A stretch of DNA of 64,000 bases, from contig NC_086097.1 of NCBI RefSeq assembly GCF_963921235.1, forward strand, positions 108,812,001 through 108,876,000, written 5' to 3'. Both the position numbers and the translations under genes were made by a program. This stretch comes from Mobula hypostoma (Eukaryota). This document shows, in pieces, positions 39,900 through 52,130 of the stretch. The notes beneath the pieces are model-generated. The model was not told where the DNA came from. It worked only from the letters and a program-made list of their open reading frames with translations, and did no database searches. The stretch's first letter is position 1; every line of letters begins with the position of its first letter.

Positions 39900-42380
39900 G
39901 CAAATCTTTCTAACTTTGGTGGCACCTTTATTGAGAAGGCTGTGCCAGGATGAATGATTCAAGGCTGAATGTTCATGAGAAGTGTGATCCATCTCAAAAG
40001 TCTTGAGCGAAGTCTGAGCGTGTCCTTGAATCATTTTTGCTGACCATCACGAGAACACTTCCCTGTGGACAGTTCCTTGAAGAACAACAGCTTGGAGATG
40101 TGCTTGTCTGACATCCTGACGACAGGGCCTATCCACCTGACTTGATGTTTCGTCAGCAATATGTGGATGGTGGGCATATCTGCTGCAGACAGCACTTTCA
40201 TATCAGGAATTCTATCTTGACAATTGATTTTCATGGAAAATTTGTGAGCAAATAGGAAGTCTCTCAGCACCATCTCTTTGACCTTAGTAACGCTTGAAGC
40301 CTGCACAGGTTGAACAGCTTGCCATCCATCCTGTATTTGATGTGGACTCCTGGATTGCTGTCCCAGAAGGCATCAGTCAATGTCGCACTGAACTTTATGC
40401 TGAAGAGGGTGGGTGCCAGCACACAACCCAGCTTGACCCCGTTTGTGACAGAACAGTCACCATCATTGAGCACACAAGCTGACATCCCATCGTGAAACTG
40501 TTTGACCATGGTGAGGAATCTGCCAGGGCAGCCAGGCATCACCATGATCTTCCATAATCCCTCTGAGCTCAAGGTGTCAAAGGCCTTGGAAAGATCAACA
40601 AAGGTGGTCCTGCTGAAGGGTCTTGGCCCAAAATGTCAACTGTGCTCTTTTCCGTAGACACTGCCTGGTCTGCTGGATTTGGTGTGTGTTGAAAGCTGGT
40701 ATACAGCTGTCTGTTCTGCTCCTGGCATTTTTTCCTGGCGTTATCTCCCGGCAAATATCATGTCAATGGCTCCTCTTCCTTTCCTGAAGCCGCACTGAAT
40801 TTCCGGGAGATTACCTTGTTCCAGATGAGCATTTAGCCTGTCTAGCAGGACTCTAAGATATTTCTAGCTACTGAGGGCAAAGAGATGTCTCTGTGGTTGT
40901 CACATGCTTGGCGGTTTCCCTTCCTCATGTACAGGTGTACGATGGATGCATCTTTCATTTCTTGTGGAATTTGATCCTTTTCCCAGAAGGACTGGAAGAG
41001 TTCTGTCAGTTTGTTGGACCATTTGCTTTGTAGACCTCCGCTGGTATAGCATCTGCTCCAGGAGCCTTTCTACTTGCCAGCTGGCCTATTACTTTCTCGA
41101 CTTCCTCTTCTTGGGGAAGAGAGCCCGTCTCATGGTTGATGTCTACTTGATCAAGACGATCAATTGCTTGCTCATTTATGGTGGATCTTCTGTTCGGTAC
41201 AGATTCAAAATGCTTTGCCCATCTGTCCAGAATCTTGGCCTGCTTAGTGAAGAGTGTGGTGCCAGCTGTGCTGAGGAGAGGCAAGGTCCCAGAAGACTGA
41301 GGCCCGTACAGTGTTTTGATAGCATCAGTGAATCTCTTTGAGATGTGTCTATTGGGGAAGTGCTGAGTCTCGGCAACCTTTTTGCAAAGTCAAGAGTCTT
41401 GCATCTTTCTGAGTTTGGCTTGAACTATTCTGTATGCATTGGCAACTGCTGTCTTGTTGGTGATGCAGGAAGGGTCCTCCTGATAGGCCTGTGCTTTTCC
41501 AGTAGGAGAGCTTTTATCTCCTCATCACTCTCATCTAACCAGTCTTGGTTCTTCTTGTATGGCTGAAGACCTCAAAGGAGGCAGAGTGAACACGATCTCT
41601 GAAAGCTGCCCAGTCTTCTTCAATACAAACATCAGCGAACTGCGACTGGAAGCTATTAACCAGGTGGTCTGCAGATTTCAGCTTGTTGACGTTGAACTTC
41701 TTGGCAAATTTCCTTGCCTGTGGATGTCATTTGGGTTGGATGTGGACGTTAAGTTTGGAAATGATCAGACCGTGGTCTACCCAGCAGTCTGTACCACACA
41801 AGGCTTTGGTCACTCTGATGTCATGTCTTCTGGTGATGACGTGTCAATCAAATGCCAGTGCTTAGAGTAAGGATGCATTCAAGACATCTTGTTACGGTTT
41901 GGCAGGAGGAAGACTGTGTTGGTGATGATCAGGTCATGCACGGCATAGGTTTTCAGAAGAAGCAGGGCCATTGCTGTTGTATTTGCCTACCCTATAGTGC
42001 CCTAGGACTCCACCCCAGGTATTGCAATCTCTTCCCACTTAAGCATTGAAATCTCCAAGGACAAGGAGCTGTCTGACCTTGGTACAGCCGCAGTCAGGGA
42101 ATCAAGCTCTCCGTGGATCTTGTCTTTGGCTTCCTCTGGGTCGGTCATCGTCAGGTCATAGGCATTGATCAGCGTGACACTGCGTTTTTGTTCCTCAGGG
42201 GTAGGTGATGGTCATTCAACAACCGCTGAATCCTTTCGGCAGACTGGTAAGCTTTCGGACAAGGTGCTTCTTGACAGCAAATCCAACTCCTGCTTCGTGA
42301 TGTTCGATGCAGCTGCATCCATTCCAGAAGAATGTTATAGCCACTTGTGTCAGTTGGTCTTCGTCGGCCAAGCAAGTCTC
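39900..42380 (-). mobile_element. RTE (BovB-like) LINE, degenerate
   Basis: KAPGADAIPAEVYK, QFHDGM, NGVKLGCVLAPTLFS and YRMDGKLFNL motifs. Confidence 0.85.
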
Positions 42381-42399
42381 GAAGAGAGTTTTGATGTAA

Positions 42400-43260
42400 A
42401 AATCTTTATGTTATGTCTCCGTCTGAATGTGCAATGTGCAAATTATAGTAATTTGTAATAAATAGTATGTACAGTAAGATGTACATCAGAACAGTCAATA
42501 TAGTTCAGAAGTACAATTGTGTCAGCATGAATTAATCAGTCTGATGGCCTGGTGGAAGAAGCTATCGCGGAGCTTGTTGGTCCTGGTTTTAATGCTGCGG
42601 TACCATTTCCCGGATGGTAGCAGCTGAAACAGATTGTGGTCAGGGTGACTCGGGTCCCCAATGGTCCTACTGGCCCTTTTTACACACCTGTCACTGTAAA
42701 TGTCCTGAATAGTGGGTAGTTCACATCCACAAACACACTGGGCTGTCTGCACCACTCTCTGCAGGATCCTGCGATTGAAGGAAGTATAGTTCCCATACCA
42801 GGCAGTGATCCAGCCAGTCAGGATGCTCTCAATTGTGCCCCTGTAGAAAGCCCTTAGGACTTGGGGACCCATGCTGAACTTCTTCAACCATCTGAGGTGA
42901 AAGAGATGCTGCTGTGCTTTTTTCACCACACAGCCCGTATGTACAGACCAAGTGAGGTCCTCGGTGATGCGTATACCAAGGAACTTGAAGCTGGTCACCC
43001 TCCCAACCATAGATCCATTGATGTCAATAGGGGTGAGCCTGTCTCCATTCCTCCTGTAATCCACAACCATCTCCTTTGTTTTTGTGACACTGTAGGAGAG
43101 GTTGCTTTCTTTACACCATTGTGTCAGGGTGATGACTTCTTCTCTGTAAGCGGCCTTGTTATTATTTGAGATAAGGCCAATCACCTGCAAATTTAATTAG
43201 CAGATTGGAGCTGTGGGTGGCGACACAGTCATAGATGTACAGAGAGTAAAGGGGGGGGGC
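42400..43260 (-). mobile_element. Rex1/Babar LINE 3' fragment
   Basis: GLISNNNKAAYREEV…KTKEMVVDYRR…FKFLGIRITEDLTWS…SFFHQAIRLIN. Confidence 0.85.
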
Positions 43261-44717
43261 TCAATCACTGAGGGTTCAATCAAACCCTGATGGCTACTTT
43301 CACCACGTTTGGCTGGGCTGTCGAAGCCATTGCCTGGGGTGTGGCCACTGTCACATGCAAACAGCTTACTTGGAACCACAAGTAAGAGCTGAGTGCTGGG
43401 TGAAGACCAAAGGTGGAGGACCTACCTCAGAAGATACAACAGGTCTTCACACCAGAGGTGCTAGCCGTTCCCTGACACCCCATCTCAGCTTGTACAAACC
43501 AAGCGATGGCACTTTGCTCCCAAAACTCCAGCAGTTTCAAAGCGACTGTATTGGCTGACATGTTCAATAACTCTGGAATCGTCCTACAACATCGGGGTCA
43601 CCAATGTAGGTTTCACAAGTAAAATGAAGTGTGGCGTTTTATGTTTAATAAAACCTGTAACACATTTAATTGAACTCCAAAACCTAAACATAAAGCACGC
43701 TATAAATCTTTACATAATTACATCATCACGTCAGACCAGCCTCTTAAAGTAAAACCCCAGCTCAATGTCAGTGGTTGTGAATTATGTTTACTTCCACCAA
43801 TTATGTTACCTTACAGGATTGTCTTGGATGGGTTGGACTCAAGGACCCGATAGCTACAGAATCTTTTCATACCTTATCTACAGATTTTTGCTTTTCCAAC
43901 CTGGTTAAGATCTGCTAGTGAATAAATCTAGGTGTGAATAACTATTTGTTACAGATACATCTGACAAAGGTAAAGGCTCAGCGACCTGAAATTCTCCCAG
44001 GGAATTTCCTAGAATCTCCTAGTGCATTCAAGCTAACCCTGTCTGAACCAAACCAATCACAGAACTGTCCCTTGATTTAACTGTGTTACCACAATCTGAT
44101 TAATTATTTGTTTTTTTTTTGCTCTTTAATAAACACAGATCATGAGGTTTCTTCTTGACTCATTGACATGCCCTTTTCTCATTACTACAATCAAGGAGAA
44201 GATCCAAGAACCCGAAGATCCACAATGAACGTTTTATGAACACATTCTTCCCCTCTGCCACCAGATTTCTGGACAATCCATGAACCCATGAACACCACCT
44301 CACTATTTTGTAACATGCTGGAGGCCAGGCAGCATCTATGAAAAAAAAGAGTACAGTCAACATTTCGGGCAAAGACCCTTCGGTAGTACCGCATTGTGCT
44401 CTCTTTTTGCACTATTGATTTTTAAGCAAAACACACAAAATGCTGGAGGAACTCATCAGGTCAGGCAGCATTCATGGAAAAGAGTGAACAATCGACGTTT
44501 TGGGTTCCTCCAGCGTTTTGTGTGTGTTGCTTGGATTCCCAGCATCTACTGATTTTTAATATTTCTTACAGTAACTCATAGTATTTTATTGCAATGTACT
44601 GTACTGCTGCCCAAAGCAACAAATTCTGATAATTGTAATTCCAACAGATTTTGTACACATGCATGCATTGACTGTAATTTGCATTACAATTTTCCCCAAC
44701 AACATTTGTACAGTAAA

Positions 44718-47700
44718 GGCCAGGGTAGGTTCCGGTAAGTTTTTTGTTCAGATTGTTTAGAGTAGAGAGAATGCCAGGCAGGATGTTGGAATGCTCCTCT
44801 TGCAGGATGTGGGAAGTCAGGGAGCCCTCCGGTGTCCCTGACAACGACACCTGCAAGAAGTGCATCCAGCTGCAGCTCCTGACAAACCGCGTTAGGGAAC
44901 TGGAGCAGGAGCTGGATGACCTGCGGATCATTCGGGAGAATGAGGAGATTATAGATCGTAGCTACAGGGAGGTAGTTACGCCAAAGGAGCAGAGGAGAGG
45001 AAATTGGGTCACTGTCAGGCGAGGGAAGAGGAAAGGGCAGGCAGAGCAGGGTTCCCCTGTGGCCATTCCCCTCAACAACAAGTATACCGCATTGGATACT
45101 GTTGGGGGGGGATGACTTACCTGGGACTAGCTGCAGTAGCCGGATCTCTGGCACTGAGTCTGGCTCTGCAGTGCAGAAGGGAGGGGGGAAAAAGAGGAGA
45201 GCGGTAGTGATAGGGGACTCGATAGTTAGAGGTGCAGATAGGAGGTTCTGTGGTCATGACAGAGAATCCAGAATGGTTTGTTGCCTCCCAGGTGCCAGGG
45301 TCAAGGATGTCTCTGATCGATTGCATGACATTCTGAAGTGGGAGGGTAACCAGCCAGATGTCGTGGTGCACATCGGTACCAATGACATAGCAAGGAAGAG
45401 TGAGGAGGTCCTGGAGAGTGAGTATAGAGAGCTTGGTAGGAAGTTGAAAAGCAGGACCTCGAGAGTTGCTACCTGTGCTACGTGCCAGTGAGGGTAAGAA
45501 TAGGATGCTCTGGAAGATGAGCAAGTGGCTGAGGAACTGGTGTGGGGGGCAGGGTTTCAGATTTCAGGATCATTCTGGGGCAGGTGGGACCTGTACAAGA
45601 GAGACGGGTTACACTTGAACTACAGGGGGACCAATATCCTTTCAGGGAGGTTTGTTAGTGCTATTGGGGAGGCTTTAAACTAGATTTGCAGGGGGATGGG
45701 AACCAGAGTGCCAGAGCTGACGGTGTGGCTGGGGTGAAAATAAATGATGTTAAAAGTTCAAGCAAATCCGCTAATAGAAAGGTTGTGAGTGGTGGTAAAA
45801 ATCTTCTGAGGGGTATATATTTCAATGCTAGGAGTATTGCGGGGAAGGCGGATGAGTTGAGGGAGTGGATTGACACGTGGAATTATGACGTTATAGCAAT
45901 TAGTGAAACTTGGCTACAGGAGGGGCAGAACTGGCAGTTTAGTATTCCAGGGTTCCAATGTTTCAGATGTGATCGAGGCAGAGGAATGAAAGGTGGGGGA
46001 GTAGCATTGCTTGTTAGGGAAAATATTACAGCAGTGCTCAGGCAGGACAGATTAGAGGGCTTGTCTACTGAGTCCTTATGGGTGGAGCTGAGAAACAGGA
46101 AAGGTATGGCCACATTAGTGGGATTGTATTACAGACCACCCAATAGTCAGCGAGACTTGGAAGAGCAAATCTGCAGAGAGATAGCAGGCAACTGCAGGAA
46201 ACATAAAGTTGTGGTGGTAGGGGATTTTAATTTTCCGTACATTGATTGGGACTCCCATACTGTTAGGGGTCTAGATGGTTTAGTGTTTGTAAAATGTGTT
46301 CAGGAAAGTTTTCTAAATCAATATATAGAGGGACCAACTAGAGGGGATGCAATATTGGATCTCCTGTTAGGAAACGAGTTAGGACAAGTGACGGAAGTCT
46401 GTGCAGGGGAGCACTTTGGTTCCAGTGATCATAACACCATTAGTTTCAATTTGATCATGGACAAGGATAGATCTGGTCCTAGGGTTGAGGTTCTGAACTG
46501 GAAGAAGGCCAAATTTGAAGAAATGAGAAAGGATCTAAAAAGCGTGGATTGGGACAGGTTGTTCTCTGGCAAAGGTGTGATTGGTAGGTGGGAAGCCTTC
46601 AAAGGGGAAATTTTGAGAGTGCAGAGTTTGTATGTTCCTGTCAGGATTAAAGGCAAATTGAATAGGAATAAGGAACCTTGGTTCTCAAGGGATATTGCAA
46701 CTCTGATAAAGAAGAAGAGGGGGTTGTATGAAATATATAGGAAACAGGGAGTAAATCAGGTGCTTGAGGAGTAGAAGAAGTGCAAGAAAATACTTAAGAA
46801 AGTAATCAGGAGGGCTAAAAGAAGACATGAGGTTGCCTTGGCGGTCAAAGTGAAGGATAATCCAAAGAGCTTTTACAGGTATATTAAGAGCAAAAGGATT
46901 GTAAGGGATAAAATTGGTCCTCTTGAAGATCAGAGTGGTCGGCTTTGTGCGGAACCAAAGGAAATGGGGGAGATCTTAAATAGGTTTTTTGCATCTGTAT
47001 TTACTAAGGAAATTGGCATGAAGTCTATCAAGTAGTGAGATCATGGAAACTGTACAGATTGAAAAGGAGGAGGAGCTTGCTGTCTTGAGGAAAATTAAAG
47101 TGGATAAATCCCCGGGACCTGATAGAGTGTTCCCTCGGACCTTGAAGGAGACTAGTGTTGAAACTGCGGGGGCCCAGGCAGAAATATTTAAAATGTTGCT
47201 GTCTACGGGTGAGGTGCCGGAGGATTGGAGAGTGGCTCATGTTGTTCCGTTGTTTAAAAAAGGATCGAAAAGTAATCCGGGAAATTATAGGCCGGTGAGT
47301 TTAACGTTGGTAGTAGGTAAGTTATTGGAGGGAGTACTAAGAGACAGAATCTACAAGCATTTGGATAGACAGGGACTTATTAGGGAGAGTCAACATGGCT
47401 TTGTGCGTGGTAGGTCATGTTTGACCAATCTATTGGAGTTTTTCGAGGAGGTTACCAGGAAAGTGGCTGAAGGGAAGGCAGTGAATATTGTCTACATGGA
47501 CTTCAGTAAGGCCTTTGACAAGGTCCCGCATGGGAGGTTAGTTAGGAAAATTCAGTTGCTAGGTATACATGGAGAGGTGGTAAATTGGGTTAGACATTGG
47601 CTCAGTGGAAGAAGCCAAAGAGTGGTGGTAGAGAATTGCTTCTCTGAGTGGAGGCCTGTGACTAGTGGTGTGCCACAGGGATCAGTGCTGGGTCCATTGT

Positions 47701-48655
47701 TATTTGTCATCTATATCAATGATCTGGATGATAATGTGGTAAATTGGATCAGCAACTTTGCTGATGATACGAAGATTGGAGGTGTAGTAGACAGTGAGGA
47801 AGGTTTTCAGAGCTTGCAGAGGGACTTGGACCAGCAGGAAAAATGGGCTGAAAAATGGCAGATGGAGTTTAATACAGACAAGTTTGAGGTATTGCACGTT
47901 GGAAGGACAAACCAATGTAGAACATATAGGGTTAATGGTAAGGCACTGAGGTGTGCAGTAGAACAGAGGGATCTGGGAATACAGATACAAAATTCCCTAA
48001 AAGTGGTGTCACAAGTAGATAGGGTCGTAAAGAGAGCTTTTGGTACATTGGCCTTTATTAATCAAAGTATTGAGTATAAGATCTGGAATGTTATGATGAG
48101 GTTGTATAAGGCATTGGTGAGGCCGAATCTGGAGTATTGTGTTCAGTTTTGGTCACCAAATTACAGGAAGGATATAAATAAGGTTGAAAGAGTGCAGAGA
48201 AGGTTTACAAGGATGTTGCCAGGACTTGAGAAACTCAGTTACTGAGAAAGGTTGAATAGGTTAGAACTTTATTCCCTGGAGCGTGGAAGAATGAGGGGAG
48301 ATTTGATAGAGGTATATAAAATTATGATGGGTATAGATAGAGTGAATGCAAGCAGACTTTTTCCACTGAGGCAAGGAGAGAAAAAAACCAGGGGACATGG
48401 GTTAAGGGTGAGAGGGGAAAAGTTTAAAGGGAACATTCGGGGGGGGGGCTTCTTCACACAGAGAGTGGTGGGAGTATGGAATGAGCTGCCAGACGAGGTG
48501 GTAAATGCGGGATCTTTTTTAACATTTAAGAATAAATTGGACAGATACATGGATGGGAGGTGTATGGAGGGATATGGTCAGTGGGACCAGGCAGAAAATG
48601 GTTCGGCACAGCCAAGAAGGGACAAAAGGCCTGTTTCCGTGCTGTAGTTTCTATG
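44718..48655 (+). mobile_element. Near full-length CR1 LINE (ORF1 zinc-finger/coiled-coil + SGNH esterase; ORF2 APE-RT), disabled
   Basis: ORF1 from 44771 (CSSC…CKKC, GDSIVRG, HIGTND); ORF2 45686-48600 (ISETW, GDFN, SDHN, FADDTK) broken by stops at 46772 and 48243 and by frameshifts; TTCTATG tail; possible GTAAA TSD. Confidence 0.93.
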
Positions 48656-48811
48656 GTAAAAGGGTCTGCTCAACACCGCATCCAGCGTTAAGTGTTGGTG
48701 AACTTGGAGTACTAAAGTACAGTAAGTCATTGAGACATTTAACGACAGTAACAGCGATAACCCCACGTGATCGAGGAACGGAACTCTCACCCCAGTCCAC
48801 AATGAACTCGT

Positions 48812-49003
48812 TGAAACCCATCTCGCGTTGCTGGGTCGCGGCCTCATCTCTGATTGGCTGATTGGCAATACTGCACGCGCATAACTAAGGAGATTCTAAT
48901 TGGGCCGCGGAGAGACTTATTCTCCGCATGCGCACTGTAGGTTGCTCCGTTGTGCTTTGGTTGGTGGACGGAAGGCTTCGCTTTGCCTTATGGGAAGATG
49001 GCG
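48812..49003 (+). promoter_or_regulatory. LSM5 core promoter (CpG-rich, housekeeping type)
   Basis: Local CpG enrichment; three ATTGG (CCAAT/NF-Y) boxes at ~48853, ~48861 and ~48899; NRF1-like GCATGCGCA at ~48926; YY1-like AAGATGGCG overlapping the ATG. Confidence 0.75.
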
Positions 49004-49040
49004 CTGAACTCGACTAATCCTTCGCAGCTGTTACCGCTGG
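48998..49040 (+). CDS. LSM5: LSM5 (U6 snRNA-associated Sm-like protein) coding exon 1
   Basis: ATG at 48998 gives MALNSTNPSQLLPL+G, then donor GTTAGC at 49041; matches the LSM5 N-terminus (…NPSQLLPLE). Confidence 0.93.
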
Positions 49041-49879
49041 GTTAGCATTGGGGTGGAACGGGGAGTCCGGGGATAGGGGGTTAATTCAGGAGCTGAAGCT
49101 ATGGAATTTATTCAGTGAAGAGACCTGGTGGGGAGGTGTGGTCGGGGGAAAGGAAGTTGGTTGGTTGGTTGGTTGGTTTATGGGGGGGGGGTGGACGCGG
49201 TTTATTGGGGGCCAGTGTGGAGTCGGGTTAGTTAGGGAGCATGGGGCTGTGGTTGTGGGCGAGCCCGGGGTGGGGGAGAGAGATGTCATAGGGGTTTCTG
49301 GTTCACCTGGAGGCTATAGCAAAGGCATCAAAATCTGATTTTTAAATCAGAGAATGCTGGAATACTCTAATAAGGCAGAGCCTAAATTATTAACTCTGAT
49401 TCTCAACAAGTTTCACCCACTTATATTATTTTTATTCTTTAGTACTAGTGAATTTGTTTTGCTTATAGTATTGTAAGGTGGGAGAGGGACTGGAGGAGCT
49501 GTTGGTGGTGCCAGTAGAGGTGTGGTGGCATTAGTAGGGAAAGAGATGATAGAAGGCATAAATGATCCATTTAATGGCAGTATGCTGTGATTCTGTTGCA
49601 TAAATGTGATTTCATAGTTTCATGTAACCATAGATAAGTTGCAAACGGAACATTTTCAGATGCTGGAATTCACAAAATGCTGTGCTTTTTTTTTCTAAAG
49701 CACAGTTGGTGTTTTGGGTTGAGACCTCATGAAGGGTTTTGGCCTGAAACATTGACTGTTTACTCCTTTCCACAGATGCATCCTGACCTGTTAAGTTCCT
49801 CCACCATAGATAGGTTAACTAGTCAGAGTTAAATTTAAATGTTTTATTTCTGTGTATTCATATTTCTCTTCTATTTCAG

Positions 49880-49975
49880 AGCTGGTGGACAAATGCATTG
49901 GTTCACGCATTCATATTGTCATGAAAAATGATAAAGAAATTGTAGGAACGCTACTAGGTTTTGATGATTTTGTCA
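49880..49975 (+). CDS. LSM5: LSM5 coding exon 2
   Basis: Acceptor tttctcttctatttcag; encodes (E)[31 protein letters not shown]+A; followed by U12-type donor GTATCCTTTT at 49976. Confidence 0.97.
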
Positions 49976-51601
49976 GTATCCTTTTATATTTTACTTACTA
50001 TTAATGTAGTGTGATTTAAGATTCTAAAACCGATCTTCTTTAAACTGACTAATCCAGATGGCAAGCAGTGTTGGTGTAACCATGGAGTATTTTGTGTCCC
50101 TTGCACAAGGGTGGAAACACTTAGAACTCAGAAGGGATTCACCAGGCAAGGGGTTGTGTCATAGGGCTGCATTTGATTCTCATTGTGTAACTTTTGATCG
50201 TGCTTTGTGTTTAAGGTATAAACATTTACGACAAAAGTCTTAGGCACATCAGTACAGCTCGGGTGCCTAAGACTTGCACAATACTGTACTTATTAACGTG
50301 GTGTGGAGAGCAAGTTTGTATATCTGGCAGGAACAAAAGATGTTGGGAGTGGTGAGAGTGGAGGGGTGTCTGACAGATGGCAGAAAAGGACTGCTTGGGC
50401 AGGGGGTGGTGTGGGTGCAGAACACACAGCCCTGAGACACTAGGCAAGGTAATTTCATTCCAAGCAATTCGTTTATTGATCATTACAGAATGTCTCTCTG
50501 GTGGTTCCTGGTCCTTCCCTCTCCCTTTCCCTTTCCTTTTTGCGACTATGATTCTCTCTTCTCCCTGCCCCCTTCCCATTCTCAGTCCACAATAGAGACC
50601 CACATCAGAATCGGGTTCGTCACTCTCGCACAGTATGTCATGAAATTTGTTTTTTGTGGTAGCAGTACAGTGCAATAGATAAAATTACCACAGTACTGTA
50701 CAAAAACCTTGTGTATTCTAGCGATATATGTGCCTAGGACTTTTGCACAATACTGTATGTACTTGTTTTAATTGGATATTGTAGCCAGTACTTCTCCTTT
50801 CTTGAAGAATTGGAGATAGGCTACTTGCATCTTTTACATCAAATGTTGGAAAATTAGTCTAGGAACGTAGTGCTTGCATCTGATGTGTTGAGTTACAGAA
50901 GCTTTCAGGAAGTTTCCATGGTGACTGACAGATATTAGAATTAACAGGAGGTTGTCTGCTTGAATACTGAGTAGAAGGTGGCATTAGTAGCAGGAGTATT
51001 TCATATCTACACAAATTGGCAGAATGTGATGAGTGACATTTTCTCATCCAGAAAGCCTCTGGCCCTATCCAGAGATTCTTGGTTAAAATGGCACGAAACA
51101 GACATTAAGTGATAAATCTAGGCTAGTGCTCATACAACCATAGATGTTTTTGGCACAGACAATTTGGTATCCATGCTAGTCAAAAGTGGACTTGTGGTTA
51201 AGCCAATTCCCAGCTCTCGGTCTGTAGTACTGTTGGTTCCATCTCTTGTACTCTTCCAAGCACTTGGAAATTTAGCGTTTCTGCTTTTGCCGCCCTTTTA
51301 GATATTGAAAGCATTCACCCACCCTCATTCATTGTGACTTTGTTTTCTCTATCTATATCATTCAAATTAAATTTCTTCTCCCCACCAGTTGCATACACTA
51401 TTGGAGCTTAATACAATTGTAGCCCCATTTGCTGCTGTTACACAACTAAACACAAAAGCAAGATTTAAGGAGGGTAGAGTCTGCAAAGGATTATAGATAG
51501 GTTAAATGAGTAGGAAGATGAGGTTATCCACACTGGAAGAAAGAGCAAAAATAGTAATTATTGTAAATAATTTGGAAAATACTTATCTCAAGTGGTTGAT
51601 G

Positions 51602-51750
51602 GCTGGGTTGAGTTGTTCTCCAATCTTGGTAATTTACTTACAAAGGTTTCATCACTTTGAGATATCAACAGTGCACTGATGATATATCCTCATATGATGA
51701 CAAAATGTTTGTAAGTAAATTGCCAAGATCGGAGAACAACTCAACCCAAC
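51602..51750. repeat. ~150-bp inverted repeat (fold-back of a Penelope-type 3' end)
   Basis: GGGTTGAGTTGTTCTCCAATCTTGGTAATTTACTTACAAA pairs with TTTGTAAGTAAATTGCCAAGATCGGAGAACAACTCAACCC; centre CAGTGCACTG. Confidence 0.85.
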
Positions 51751-52049
51751 AATGGTCATTATCTATATAGTCAGTTGTATAATGTTACAATACAAAGAAA
51801 TTGGAAGTCCTTTTGTGGGGGGAGGGCTGCATTAAAGGACAGGTGTTACAACTTTGGAGAGGGTCCAGAAATTTGGTTTAGAGTATTAACTCTAAGGAGA
51901 ATTTGGACAAACTTGGGTTGTATTCTCAGGAGTATTGGAGGTTAATGAGTGACCTTATAGAAGTATTTAAATTGAGAAGCATAGATAAGGTAAATGATCA
52001 GTGTTATCTCAGCTGAAAATGCAAAATACTAAAAGGCATAACTTTAAGG

Positions 52050-52130
52050 CAGGGGTTCCCAACCGTTTTTTATGCTATGGTCCAATACCATTAAGTAAGA
52101 GGTCTGTGGACCTCAGGTTGGGAACCCTTG
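52050..52130. mobile_element. hAT-type MITE (81 bp)
   Basis: TIRs CAGGGGTTCCCAACC / GGTTGGGAACCCTTG; perfect 8-bp TSD CTTTAAGG. Confidence 0.88.

Larger units (their letters stand above)
37120..43815 (-). mobile_element. Gypsy LTR retrotransposon, degenerate, with nested insertions
   Basis: Paired LTRs at 43605-43815 and ~37120-37288; PBS TGGTGACCCCG next to the 5' LTR; G-rich PPT next to the 3' LTR; integrase (MDRTTRWPEVIPL, DHGPQFIS) and RT (NLDDILV) fragments. Confidence 0.85.

Noticed and set aside
50225..50760. Two short palindromic AAAAGTCTTAGGCAC…GTGCCTAAGACTT units flanking ~400 bp
   Set aside because: Probably a common MITE-like repeat; too degenerate to define boundaries or TSD.
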